From a virus (lineage: Duplodnaviria > Caudoviricetes): a stretch of 25,096 nucleotides of DNA. The notes beneath the pieces were generated by a model. The model saw only the letters and a program-made list of their open reading frames with translations. It ran no database searches and had not been told where the DNA came from. The DNA lies in the IMG/VR virus record IMGVR_UViG_3300022862_000027, positions 1 to 25,096 of that record, one strand, 5' to 3'. Made by a program: the position numbers and the translations under genes. This document shows, piece by piece, positions 1 through 8,505 of the stretch (the stretch's first letter is position 1; each line of letters opens with the position of its first letter).

Positions 1-101
1 CAAGACAGCTCGCCGGTGGCCAGATCCTTGGAAGCGGACAGCCCGCCCATCCATTGCGTGGCCTGCTCCGGCCAGCGCATCGTTACCGGTGCCCAGGTCA
101 T
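1..101 (-). CDS. Partial (N-terminal) phage late/tail-region protein, runs off the window
   Basis: ATG at 101 overlaps the upstream TGA (ATGA coupling). Reads MTWAPVTMRWPEQATQWMGGLSASKDLATGELS with no stop to position 1. Confidence 0.7.
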   Translation of the reverse strand, partial: MTWAPVTMRWPEQATQWMGGLSASKDLATGELS

Positions 102-805
102 GCCGGCGGCGTCCAACGAATCGTGTCCATGGCTTTGCTGTCTTGTTCGTTGAACGCCTTGGCCAGCGCTTGGCGCAGGTTTTCCGCATGCAATTGCGCA
201 GCCTGTTTGAATCGGAAAAGGTCTTGGCCAACGTCGCGCAATTGTTCGGCGGTGTGGGTTCTGAAAGCCTTGTGCTGCTCCATGTCCGTGCAGGCGATGT
301 CGGCGGCCAGGCCCGAGAGGATGGAACCGGTCAAATTGATTTGATCGACCAGCTCACTGTCATATCGAAACGGCCAGCCCAGCGCTTGGGAGATAAATCC
401 GGATTCGGTGTACTGGGCGCACGCCTGGTTAATCTCCCGTTTTTTCTGCTCGTGCAGCGCTGCCAATATCGCGGTGGTGTCGTCGGTCCAGTGGTCTTCT
501 TTCCAGACCTGGTGCGGCTGCGGCTGCTTGAGGGTGTAACCGCTGGGCATTGGGGCGAAGCCGTCGAGCGTCAGCGGCTCGCCGGTCTTGATGTTGTAGG
601 CGGTCACGCCCTGGTAAAAGTCCAGCAGTTGCCACTTTCCATCAATCCAGCATGCCGCCTTGTGTTCAGGCTCTTCCGGTGGCGGGATCTCCACGCAGCC
701 TGCTGGAATCAGAAAAACGTCGGGTTCCAGCTGACAAGCCTCCGCCTCAGTCGTGCCGACGTAGCGGCCGAAGGAATTGGTTTGATAGACGATTTTTCGG
801 TTCAT
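98..805 (-). CDS. Tail fibre assembly/chaperone protein (DUF4376-like C-terminus)
   Basis: 235 aa directly downstream of the fibre gene. Has LIPAGCVEIPPP and W-rich motifs, plus the C-terminal YDSELVDQINL...HTAEQL pattern typical of fibre assembly proteins. Confidence 0.75.
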   Translation of the reverse strand: MNRKIVYQTNSFGRYVGTTEAEACQLEPDVFLIPAGCVEIPPPEEPEHKAACWIDGKWQLLDFYQGVTAYNIKTGEPLTLDGFAPMPSGYTLKQPQPHQVWKEDHWTDDTTAILAALHEQKKREINQACAQYTESGFISQALGWPFRYDSELVDQINLTGSILSGLAADIACTDMEQHKAFRTHTAEQLRDVGQDLFRFKQAAQLHAENLRQALAKAFNEQDSKAMDTIRWTPPA

Positions 806-813
806 ACAGGCGC

Positions 814-2493
814 TCAGTATTTGATGCAGACGAGAAATGCCACGTTGTCCGGACGGGACTCATTGCCCCCGTCTGCGGCAACCGTGACACCGTGAACGTG
901 GTGGCCGTCGGCGTAGATGTTCAGGCCGTGGGTGTGCACACCGTCACCATTGATGCCGACGGCGTGGGTGTGTGCAGCGTGGGCGCTTCCGAACTCTCGC
1001 CAGAAGGCTCCGCCGGAGCTGGAACCCATCACCGATCCGGCAAGGTTGCCGCCGACGTTGATGCCTTGGTTGCCCATCAGAATTTGGGTGTTTCCTTCAC
1101 CAGCGCCTGCCGTCCAGGCCGAGTGACCATGCCAGCCGGCGGCGTCGATATGTCCGCCGTGACCGTGGGCACCTGCTCCGGCAGTTGACGCGGCGTGAGC
1201 GTGCGCGCGGTTTTGGTTGGCCTGTTCACTGCCCAGTGCCCGGCCAGCATCGACGGTGCCGCCATCGCTCCAGGCTCGAATGAACTTGCCGCGCATATCG
1301 CGCACGTTGAAGGTGTTCACGCCGTCGCCGGCGCCGTAGCGGGTGCCGATCACGGCGAACAGCTTTGCGTAAGTGGTTCGCGAAATGGCGGCGCCGTTGC
1401 ACTTCAACCATCCCGGAGGCGCACTGGTCATATCGAACGCGGCGACCATCCCGGTCATCGAGTCGCCGACTTGTTGCTGCAGCTTGTTCAGCGCGGCGGT
1501 CGAAGCAATGATCTGGCTGCTGTTGGTTCCCGGATCGTCGCTGATTGCGTTGGGGACATTGCTCAGCCCAACGTCTTCTTTCTTGGTGCCTCGGGCACGC
1601 AAGCGCGGGTAGTCCCCGGTCCTGGCTGCAAGGTAGGTAATCAGCGAAGCGTCGATTGGCTCGGACACGCGCATATCCAGCGCAATGGAAGCGTTGGGAA
1701 TCTCGGCGAGGGGAACGCAGTAGTGGCCAACGCCGGCGCTGTCGGTGTAATCGGTGCGATCGGCTCCGAACACGATGGTGTAGCTGGCCACAACGTCGTT
1801 AAGCTCACGCTTCAGGGCGACGTCAAGCCAGGCCACTGTGGGGTAGCTCGGCGGCTCGATCTTCAACGGGGTTGACCGCACGACACGAATCCCCGCGATA
1901 TAGGCGCCGCCTGGCTGCATCTGGAACGAATCGTTAACCCAATCAATTTTGAAGCCGGCGCCAAAGAAGCACGCTCGGCCATAGACATCACCATTGATCT
2001 GCCGCTGACGTTCATCAATGCCCGCCAGGCGCACAGTGAAGTCATGCTGCCAGGTGCTGGCATCGATCTTTACGCCGGTCAGCGCCTGGGCACCGTCGAA
2101 CGCCACCAGAAAGTTACGGGTGACGTTGTTGCCGATCTGCAGTGGCGGGATGTTCCTGCGCTTCTGCTGCAGCGGCACGTAGGACACGGCGAACAGCAAA
2201 CCGTCCGCGTCCTCGAGGCCGACCCAGTTGAAGTCCCAATCGCCGATGTCCGACCCCAGCTGCGCGCTGTAGACGATCTGGTTGGGGTTCACAAAACCGC
2301 TGTTTCCCTCGGGAATCTCGTAGGTGTGCACGATCTGGCCCGCCGGCGGCTTGCCGGCAGCACGATCCACCGGCGCTTCGGTAGCCAGCCCGGGCACGTT
2401 GGCGAAAATGAATTTCGTGATAATCAGGGACTTTTTCTGGCTTTGTTTCAGGGCAATCTGGCCTTCGCCGGCCAACGTAATACTGGCGCTCAC
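814..2493 (-). CDS. Tail fibre protein (N-terminal baseplate anchor, tail-collar domain, HxH metal-binding tip)
   Basis: 559 aa. N-terminal IGDWDFNWVGL anchor motif, collar motif PPGWLKCNGAAISRTTYAKLFAVIG...RDMRGKFIR, six HxH motifs, and C-terminal ESRPDNVAFLVCIKY. Confidence 0.92.
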   Translation of the reverse strand: MSASITLAGEGQIALKQSQKKSLIITKFIFANVPGLATEAPVDRAAGKPPAGQIVHTYEIPEGNSGFVNPNQIVYSAQLGSDIGDWDFNWVGLEDADGLLFAVSYVPLQQKRRNIPPLQIGNNVTRNFLVAFDGAQALTGVKIDASTWQHDFTVRLAGIDERQRQINGDVYGRACFFGAGFKIDWVNDSFQMQPGGAYIAGIRVVRSTPLKIEPPSYPTVAWLDVALKRELNDVVASYTIVFGADRTDYTDSAGVGHYCVPLAEIPNASIALDMRVSEPIDASLITYLAARTGDYPRLRARGTKKEDVGLSNVPNAISDDPGTNSSQIIASTAALNKLQQQVGDSMTGMVAAFDMTSAPPGWLKCNGAAISRTTYAKLFAVIGTRYGAGDGVNTFNVRDMRGKFIRAWSDGGTVDAGRALGSEQANQNRAHAHAASTAGAGAHGHGGHIDAAGWHGHSAWTAGAGEGNTQILMGNQGINVGGNLAGSVMGSSSGGAFWREFGSAHAAHTHAVGINGDGVHTHGLNIYADGHHVHGVTVAADGGNESRPDNVAFLVCIKY

Positions 2494-2502
2494 TTTGCGC
2501 TC

Positions 2503-3027
2503 CTACAGGCTGGCGACCAGCGTTTGCTGGTCGTCGTTGAAGTCGATCAGGCCCACTTGCAGGGCCACGGGGGTGATGGTCACGAAGTCGTAACGCCGGC
2601 AGGTGCGCCCGTATTGCTGGATAAGCACGCGCAGCAGTTCGGGGTTCAGCGACAGCTGGGCGTTGCTGAATTTGAGCAACACCACGTCCCAATCCCGGTC
2701 GGGCTGGCGCTCCTCGATCTCCACGTAGCCCACGCCGAGGCGTTCGAAAATGCGCTTCATGCCGGCGGTGCTGCCAGCGTCCACGGAATTGACAAAGGCG
2801 TGTTTAACCCGCAGTCGGAACAGCGATTCCGGCTCGCCCTGAAAGCGCGTGACATCACGCTGCCAGGCCCACAGCTCAAGGATGCTCATGTGGCAGGTGT
2901 CGGGATCGATCTGTGAGTAGGGCCAGCGCAGCCAGCCCGTGACGGTTTCCCACCATGCCTGGGCAGCGGCAACGAGCTTCGAAAGTTCGGTACCGCCCAG
3001 CCAGAAAGGCAATTTGATTTTGTTCAT
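2503..3027 (-). CDS. Baseplate/tail protein, P2 gpI-like
   Basis: 174 aa between J and the fibre gene. Motifs LELWAWQRDV and AGSTAGMKRIF. Confidence 0.85.
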   Translation of the reverse strand: MNKIKLPFWLGGTELSKLVAAAQAWWETVTGWLRWPYSQIDPDTCHMSILELWAWQRDVTRFQGEPESLFRLRVKHAFVNSVDAGSTAGMKRIFERLGVGYVEIEERQPDRDWDVVLLKFSNAQLSLNPELLRVLIQQYGRTCRRYDFVTITPVALQVGLIDFNDDQQTLVASL

Positions 3028-4199
3028 TGCGCCGTCACCTTCAACTGGCCCAAGCGCGGAATGTTCAGCCCGCTGATGATGTCCTGACCCGGAAGGAAGC
3101 GCAGGGATGCGATGTCCTCGAATTGCTGGTGAATTTCTTCACTGAGCCGGCTGTAGCTGAAACGCGATTGCGGATAGGTCAGCGTCGGCTGGTAGTCGGT
3201 CGCAGTGCTTTCGCGAAACGCGGCCCGTACGAACAGCTCTACCTCTTTCACCAGGACACTGATGCGTTCGGCGCTCAGGTTGGGCTTGGGCCACAGCCAC
3301 AGCGTCACGGTCGCCGGAACTTCGGGCATAACCATGGCCAGCAGATCGTCGCCGTGGCCGTGGTTGCCCTGGTCGCGGATATGCGCGTTGATTTGCTCCA
3401 GGTAAGACGCCGCCGGCACGCCCGCGTCAAACAGTACATAAGCGTTGGCACTGCCCGGCCCACGTGGTGCGCCATGCTCAAAGTAAACGCCGTCCGGACG
3501 CACGCCGGGGAATGCGGAAATCATGGCGCGATACACCGCGTCGGTGTGCCATTGGTTGACCGCCGAGAACTGGTTGCGTACGCGCAAACGCAGTTGTTCG
3601 TTTGGTTCAGGATCCGCACCTGGTGATTCCAGCCAGCCGTCTTTGTTCACCACCTGGACGATGCCGGGGATCGGCACCGGCAGGATCGCGTAGTAACCCG
3701 GGGCGAGGTTGAAGCCGCTGCCGGCCTCGATCGCTTCCACCGGAACGTCTCGCTGGAGCTGGCCGGGCTGAAACGTTGCCGGCGCCGTGGTGACCAGTTG
3801 ATAGACATTGCCGTTGATCGCGGCCGACTGCACCACAATGCCCTTTTCCAGTTGCAGCACACCGTCGGGCACCGCCCGAGTGAACAGCAACTTACCGCGG
3901 GCTTTGGTGGCGCCCTTGCGCTCGACGTTGACCGCCCACGCGAGCATGTCCAGCCAGGCGTCCACTGCCGTTTTCACAAAGAAGTTCGGCAGCACGGTCA
4001 GACACAGAAAGTCCAACAGCCACAACACCGGTTTGGTCACCAGCGCGGTCATCACCCGCCAGAACGGCGAATAGCTGCTGGTGTTGGCCACCTTGGCGCC
4101 CTGTGCTTCCACTTCCTTTTCCCACGCAGCCTTCAGCCCCGCTTCGGTGGTCGGAATGCCGGCGTCAGCGATCACTTTTTTAAAATCGACCTGACTCAC
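3024..4199 (-). CDS. Baseplate J-like protein
   Basis: 391 aa, GTG start coupled to the upstream stop. Motifs WLDMLAWAVNVERK, GADPEPNEQLRLR and PRGPGSANAY. Confidence 0.9.
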   Translation of the reverse strand: MSQVDFKKVIADAGIPTTEAGLKAAWEKEVEAQGAKVANTSSYSPFWRVMTALVTKPVLWLLDFLCLTVLPNFFVKTAVDAWLDMLAWAVNVERKGATKARGKLLFTRAVPDGVLQLEKGIVVQSAAINGNVYQLVTTAPATFQPGQLQRDVPVEAIEAGSGFNLAPGYYAILPVPIPGIVQVVNKDGWLESPGADPEPNEQLRLRVRNQFSAVNQWHTDAVYRAMISAFPGVRPDGVYFEHGAPRGPGSANAYVLFDAGVPAASYLEQINAHIRDQGNHGHGDDLLAMVMPEVPATVTLWLWPKPNLSAERISVLVKEVELFVRAAFRESTATDYQPTLTYPQSRFSYSRLSEEIHQQFEDIASLRFLPGQDIISGLNIPRLGQLKVTAQ

Positions 4200-4513
4200 A
4201 GACTTACCTCAATCGATCCGAATTTGATGGTTTTGGCAGTCACCAGGTAAACGCCTGGTTCCTGTTGAGTGATGCGCGCTGTCCCCGGTACCAGGCGTTC
4301 GTCGTTCTCCACCAACAGTTCCAGCTGCTGGATGCAGTCGCGTTGCCGCAGGCGGTCGCGCTCGGCCACCAGCACGACCAGCAGCCCGCTGTCGCGGATC
4401 ATGTGGGCGATGTCCTGGGCAATGCAGGCGCGGTCATCGATCAGCAGCGGCTGGCGCGACGGATCCAGCACCAGGTCGTTGCGCTGGATCAGCAAATCGA
4501 CGTACTCGCTCAT
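4196..4513 (-). CDS. Baseplate wedge/sheath-initiator-like protein (HP1-type DUF2590-like)
   Basis: 105 aa between tape measure and J. Motifs IAQDIAHMI and VENDERLVPGT. Confidence 0.75.
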   Translation of the reverse strand: MSEYVDLLIQRNDLVLDPSRQPLLIDDRACIAQDIAHMIRDSGLLVVLVAERDRLRQRDCIQQLELLVENDERLVPGTARITQQEPGVYLVTAKTIKFGSIEVSL

Positions 4514-6495
4514 CCGCCCACCGCCATGGCGACCATGTTTTCCATCTCCAGCGGCGTCATTGCCTTACCGGTGTGAATGTTCACGTTTTCCACATGAGTG
4601 CCCTTGTTCTGGCTGCTGTTGTTGTTCTGGATGCTGGTCAGCAAGCCACCGGGCGGCACCGCTGAAGGGCGCGCGGGCGTAAGACTGGGGATTGCCGCGT
4701 TGATGGTCTGCTGGGCTTTCTGCGCGGCGTTGGCGGTGTCGGCGGCGTTGGTCGCGGCATCGACGCCGGGCACTTCGGGCATACCGCCGAAACGCGCCTC
4801 GATGTTCACGCCCGGGATGCTGTTCAGCAGCTCGATCACGCCGTTAACGGCCTTGGTGAAAATGCCGACGATGCTGTCCCAAGCGGCCTTGGCCATGCCC
4901 GACCAGCCACCCATGGAGTTAAACCAGTCGGACAGTTTCTGGAGGTTGTCGGCGACGAACTGGAACGCGGCGGTGTTCATCAGTGCCGTCGTCCATTCGT
5001 CCCAGTAGTAGACGGCCGCGACAATGACCGCCACCAGGGCGACGATCCCGACCACGATCCACACCACCGGGTTGGCCAAAAGCGCCGCGTTGACCAGCCA
5101 GATCGCACCCTGCCACAGCAACATTGCGCCGCGAATGAGTGCCAGGCCGGCGCTCAGGGTGTAGATCACGGCGACGTAAGCCAGGATTGCCAGCTTCTGT
5201 AGGATGAATACGGCGACCGTGCGCAGGCTGAACAACTGAACGACTTTCCAGACGGTCAGCATGCCCAGCCAGGTCATGCGGGCAATGCCCACCACCATGG
5301 TCAGCGCCGACATCGCGGCGACGATGCCCATGATGGCCAGCGCGGTGATGCCAATCACGCGAGTGATGTTCGGGAAAAGCTGAGTCCAGCGCACCAGTGT
5401 TTTGCCGATGTCCACCATCTTGGTCATGAACGGCGACAGCACCGGGATCAGCACTTGGCCGAACACCGTTCGCATGACCTCGACCAGGGACGCCCACTGC
5501 TGCCAGGGATCGACCATGGCCCGGGCCATCTGCTCGGCGTTCTCCAGGCCGCGCACCTTGCCCAACTGCTCGATGCCATTGCGCAACCGATCGGTGTCCT
5601 TGGCCAGCGCGCCGATCACTTGGGCGCCTTCACCGCCGAAAGCCTCCATCAGCTTGGCCCCGGCCGAGGCGCTGGTCAGGTCGCCGAACTTGCCCTGGAG
5701 CTTGTCCAGGATGGCCATCATCGGCAGCACCTTGCCCTGCTGGTCGGTGAACTTCATGCCGAGCTTTTCCGAGGCGGCGCCGATGTTCTCGAAAAACGCC
5801 TTGTAGCGTCCGCCGGCGTCGCCGCCTTCCATGGTGCTGCTCAGTGTGCCAATCACCGCCATCTGCTCCGCCAGATCGACGCCGGAGGTCGTAGCGATCG
5901 CGCCGGCCTCCTTGAACGCGTCTTTCATGGCCGCGCCGCTGGTACGGAACAGCTGCACCGCCAGCGCCGTCTGACCACCGAGCTTTTCTACCCATGCACC
6001 TTTGCCCATGGCATCGGCTTGAGACTTCTGCAGGTTGTACAGGGTGCCGACGTATTCGCCCATGGTTTCGGCGTCGGTCTTGGTGGCCTTGGCCAGCAGG
6101 TTACTGGTGTTGGTAAAGATCGCGAGTTGGTTGCCGGCAAGACCCTTAATGGCGCCCTCGATCAGATACGCCGAGGCCACAAAGTCCTTGGCGTTCTCAC
6201 CGTAATTCACCGCGAACTCCAGCGACTTGCTGTTCAGCGCAGACAGAGCATCCTCGGCCACGCCCAGCGATCGGACATCGCCCAGGGCGCGGTTGACCTC
6301 CAGCGCTGGTTCCATGGATTGCTGAATCGCAACCACACCCGCCGTCAGCCCAGCAAAGCCCAAGCCGATCGTTTTGATGTGCTTTTCGCTCTGATCGGCA
6401 AGCTCGGAAAAGCCCATTTTCACCTTGCCCAGGGGCGCGGTGACCTTGTCCTGCAAGCTGAGAATGAAAGCCAGGCTGGCGCTACGGTCTGCCAA
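4510..6495 (-). CDS. Tail tape measure protein
   Basis: 661 aa, TTG start. Ala/Gly-rich helical N-half, hydrophobic C-half with ANPVVWIVVGIVALV. Follows the tail chaperone genes. Confidence 0.93.
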   Translation of the reverse strand: MADRSASLAFILSLQDKVTAPLGKVKMGFSELADQSEKHIKTIGLGFAGLTAGVVAIQQSMEPALEVNRALGDVRSLGVAEDALSALNSKSLEFAVNYGENAKDFVASAYLIEGAIKGLAGNQLAIFTNTSNLLAKATKTDAETMGEYVGTLYNLQKSQADAMGKGAWVEKLGGQTALAVQLFRTSGAAMKDAFKEAGAIATTSGVDLAEQMAVIGTLSSTMEGGDAGGRYKAFFENIGAASEKLGMKFTDQQGKVLPMMAILDKLQGKFGDLTSASAGAKLMEAFGGEGAQVIGALAKDTDRLRNGIEQLGKVRGLENAEQMARAMVDPWQQWASLVEVMRTVFGQVLIPVLSPFMTKMVDIGKTLVRWTQLFPNITRVIGITALAIMGIVAAMSALTMVVGIARMTWLGMLTVWKVVQLFSLRTVAVFILQKLAILAYVAVIYTLSAGLALIRGAMLLWQGAIWLVNAALLANPVVWIVVGIVALVAVIVAAVYYWDEWTTALMNTAAFQFVADNLQKLSDWFNSMGGWSGMAKAAWDSIVGIFTKAVNGVIELLNSIPGVNIEARFGGMPEVPGVDAATNAADTANAAQKAQQTINAAIPSLTPARPSAVPPGGLLTSIQNNNSSQNKGTHVENVNIHTGKAMTPLEMENMVAMAVGG

Positions 6496-6500
6496 TGTCG

Positions 6501-6955
6501 TTACCCGTTCAGCGCAAGGGCTATGCCGTTAGCCACGGCAAATTCCATGCGTCTCCAGTATTCGTCTTCAAGCCACCTGGCCGTCCCCATCGCCTCGGGC
6601 GTGGGTTCGGCACCAGGCAGCCAGCGGTTCGTCAGGGCCATCAACTGGCTCAGGCCGTTTTCGCTCAGGCGCTCAGCGTGCTCGAGTGCTTTTTTACGAT
6701 CACCTCAACGTTCGGCGCGTACTCCTCCAGCAGTGCACCGGCGATCTGCATCACCATCACCGGGTTGGCCAGCAGCGGTTTCAGGACAGCTTTCTGTTCC
6801 TGCAGCACGGTGGTCATCAGCAGGTTGTTGCCCGGGGCGACCTTGTTGGTTTGGGTTAGGGCGTTGAAATATTTGGTGACGTCAGCGGGGGTCAGGTTGA
6901 AGGTGAATTCCGCTTCGCCGACTTCCAGGGTGATTTCGGTGTTTTGTTGGCTCAT
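6501..6955 (-). CDS. Extended tail assembly chaperone (GT/E+E'-type) made by -1 programmed frameshift
   Basis: After GTA AAA AAG the -1 frame is open: ALEHAERLSENGLSQLMALTNRWLPGAEPTPEAMGTARWLEDEYWRRMEFAVANGIALALNG*, ending at 6501, 5 nt before the tape measure start. Confidence 0.85.
6665..6955 (-). CDS. Tail assembly chaperone (short form)
   Basis: 96 aa MSQQNTEITL...VIVKKHSSTLSA. ATG at 6955 overlaps the Rz TGA; located just upstream of the tape measure gene. Confidence 0.88.
   Translation of the reverse strand: MSQQNTEITLEVGEAEFTFNLTPADVTKYFNALTQTNKVAPGNNLLMTTVLQEQKAVLKPLLANPVMVMQIAGALLEEYAPNVEVIVKKHSSTLSA
6689..6695 (-). other. -1 ribosomal frameshift slippery heptamer A_AAA_AAG
   Basis: The minus strand reads GTA AAA AAG CAC in the chaperone frame, a canonical X XXY YYZ site. 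Confidence 0.85.
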
Positions 6956-7479
6956 GGGTTTTTTCTCTCGTTGAGGTTGGAAAAAGTGGTGCCCTGGTGC
7001 GCCGGCGATCGTCGGCACACGCCGAGGGCGTATTGCTGCAGTCCGACGATCATTTGCCGGCTTTGGGCGAGTTGATCTCGGAGGGTGAAATAATCCGGTC
7101 GAGCGTCTGCTGCGAGTTCGGCGGTGCCTGCATCAGCCACGCGGGCGGTGCCGGCGGTGGCGGACACAGATCCGGAGGCGGGACAGGTGGCGCGGACGTG
7201 CAACCGGCCAGTGCCATTGCCAACAGCGCGGCGCAGGCGTTCGTTTTCAGTGCGTGCATCGGTCAATTCCTTGGTGTTTCGTTGGTCGATCGCGTCCCGT
7301 TCGGCAAGCATCTCGCCGCTGATACGGGCCGCTTCACGCAGGCCGTTGGCTTCCCATTGCGCGCTATCGCGCTCGCGCCTGGCGTCGTCGCGCTGATCAC
7401 TCACCCGATCGAACGCCACCCACACCAGAAGGGCGAGCAGCAGCACGATAGGCGCCAAGCGCAGCGAGAAAAGGCTCAT
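6952..7479 (-). CDS. Rz-like inner-membrane spanin (i-spanin)
   Basis: N-terminal TM segment (LAPIVLLLALLVWVAF), coiled coil, and RLHVRATCP and DYFTLRDQL...GLQQY motifs like lambda Rz. ATG at 7479 overlaps the endolysin stop. Confidence 0.9.
   Translation of the reverse strand: MSLFSLRLAPIVLLLALLVWVAFDRVSDQRDDARRERDSAQWEANGLREAARISGEMLAERDAIDQRNTKELTDARTENERLRRAVGNGTGRLHVRATCPASGSVSATAGTARVADAGTAELAADARPDYFTLRDQLAQSRQMIVGLQQYALGVCRRSPAHQGTTFSNLNERKNP
7050..7259 (-). CDS. Rz1-like outer-membrane lipoprotein spanin (o-spanin), embedded in Rz
   Basis: 69 aa with lipobox LAGC, Pro-rich PPVPPPDLCPPPPAPPAWLM, and AAGGA RBS upstream. Lies entirely within Rz in another frame. Confidence 0.88.
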   Translation of the reverse strand: MHALKTNACAALLAMALAGCTSAPPVPPPDLCPPPPAPPAWLMQAPPNSQQTLDRIISPSEINSPKAGK

Positions 7480-8003
7480 TTCAGGCACAGCTCCACTTCC
7501 GCTTTGCGGCGGTTGTGCAGGCCTTGGACAAAGCGCTTCTGGCCCTTGGCGTCAGTCACAAAGGCCCACACCGGTGTCTTGCCGTCCGGCGCCCATGCCA
7601 GGGCTTTGCATCCTTCGGCAATGTGACCGGCGTTGATAAGCGCGACTGCTCGACTGGCACAGGTGTTGGTCACGCCGAAGTTGTGGGCGTGACTGGTCAG
7701 TGCGTCGAAGGGGTTCTGGCCCACGTTCGGGTTGGTGATGCAATCGGCCAGCTCCAGCTGCGTTTTGCGGATCACCAGCTGCTCCACCTCGGCGCACTTG
7801 GCGGGCGACCAGTAGTCGCCGACCACGACCGGGTACGGGCTGGTAAACCGGGTGATGCCTTTGCAAACCGTGGGCAGTCCGCCGGCGAGCTTGTCCGCGT
7901 AGACGGTGTTCTGGCCGTTGCCTTCCCAGGTGCCCAGGAAGATCACCAGCGGCGTGCTGGCCAGCGCGATCGCGCCGGCCATGATCTTGCCGCGCAGGCT
8001 CAT
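7476..8003 (-). CDS. Endolysin, T4-lysozyme-like (GH24), probable SAR type
   Basis: N-terminal basic residues plus a weakly hydrophobic Ala/Gly segment (MSLRGKIMAGAIALASTPLVIFLG). Catalytic E..D..T in WEG...YADKLAGGLPTVCKG; C-terminal GLHNRRKAE. Confidence 0.9.
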   Translation of the reverse strand: MSLRGKIMAGAIALASTPLVIFLGTWEGNGQNTVYADKLAGGLPTVCKGITRFTSPYPVVVGDYWSPAKCAEVEQLVIRKTQLELADCITNPNVGQNPFDALTSHAHNFGVTNTCASRAVALINAGHIAEGCKALAWAPDGKTPVWAFVTDAKGQKRFVQGLHNRRKAEVELCLK

Positions 8004-8296
8004 GGAAACCACGCCCGCAACAGTGCCGGCACGACCATCTGCAGCACGGCGCCAACCAGCGTCAGGATGGTCAGCAAGCGGCCGACTTTGACGCCGATGT
8101 CATTCACCGCAACGGTCAGCGTCTGCTGGCCGGCGTTGAGTTCCGACAGCTGGCCAGCCATGTGTTCGAAACCCTGCTCCAGCTTGGTGACGCGGGTCGG
8201 GACGGTTTCGTGGCGGTCTTCCAGCTCGCCCAGCCGGTGTTCGAAGACAGCGAACTTCTGTTCCAGCACTCCGAGGCGCACGGCGTCAGTGGTCAT
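8000..8296 (-). CDS. Putative holin-like protein (coiled coil plus single C-terminal TM)
   Basis: 98 aa in the holin position, coupled to the endolysin by ATGA. Heptad-rich N-terminus and hydrophobic LLTILTLVGAVLQMVVPALL. Confidence 0.6.
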   Translation of the reverse strand: MTTDAVRLGVLEQKFAVFEHRLGELEDRHETVPTRVTKLEQGFEHMAGQLSELNAGQQTLTVAVNDIGVKVGRLLTILTLVGAVLQMVVPALLRAWFP

Positions 8297-8505
8297 CAGC
8301 GTTTACTCTTCTCAAAGTCCGTCTGGCACGGGACGCACCGCGTCTTGCCACCCAGCGCCTGGCGCGCCGGCGGGATCTCTTTGTCGCAGTCCAGACAATG
8401 GGTCAGGCTTGGCCCGACCGGCACAGGCTTGAGCAACTGGGCCTCGATCGCCTGGTCACGTTGGCGCTGCTCCAGATCCTGAGCGCGGTCGAACCAGTCC
8501 ACCAT
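8296..8505 (-). CDS. TraR/DksA-family C4 zinc-finger protein
   Basis: 69 aa with N-terminal DxxDxA (MVDWFDRA) and CLDC...IPPAR...CVPCQ. Confidence 0.9.
   Translation of the reverse strand: MVDWFDRAQDLEQRQRDQAIEAQLLKPVPVGPSLTHCLDCDKEIPPARQALGGKTRCVPCQTDFEKSKR

Noticed and set aside
814-2493. Fibre diversification system (DGR or invertible segment)
   Set aside because: No reverse transcriptase, invertase, template/variable repeat pair or inverted fibre copy is visible in this window.
5455-6867. 470-aa plus-strand ORF, and similar long ORFs at 89-895, 2044-2916, 7515-8432, 8556-9563, 10359-11384 and 12594-13574
   Set aside because: Antisense shadows of well-supported GC-rich phage genes, with no motifs of their own.
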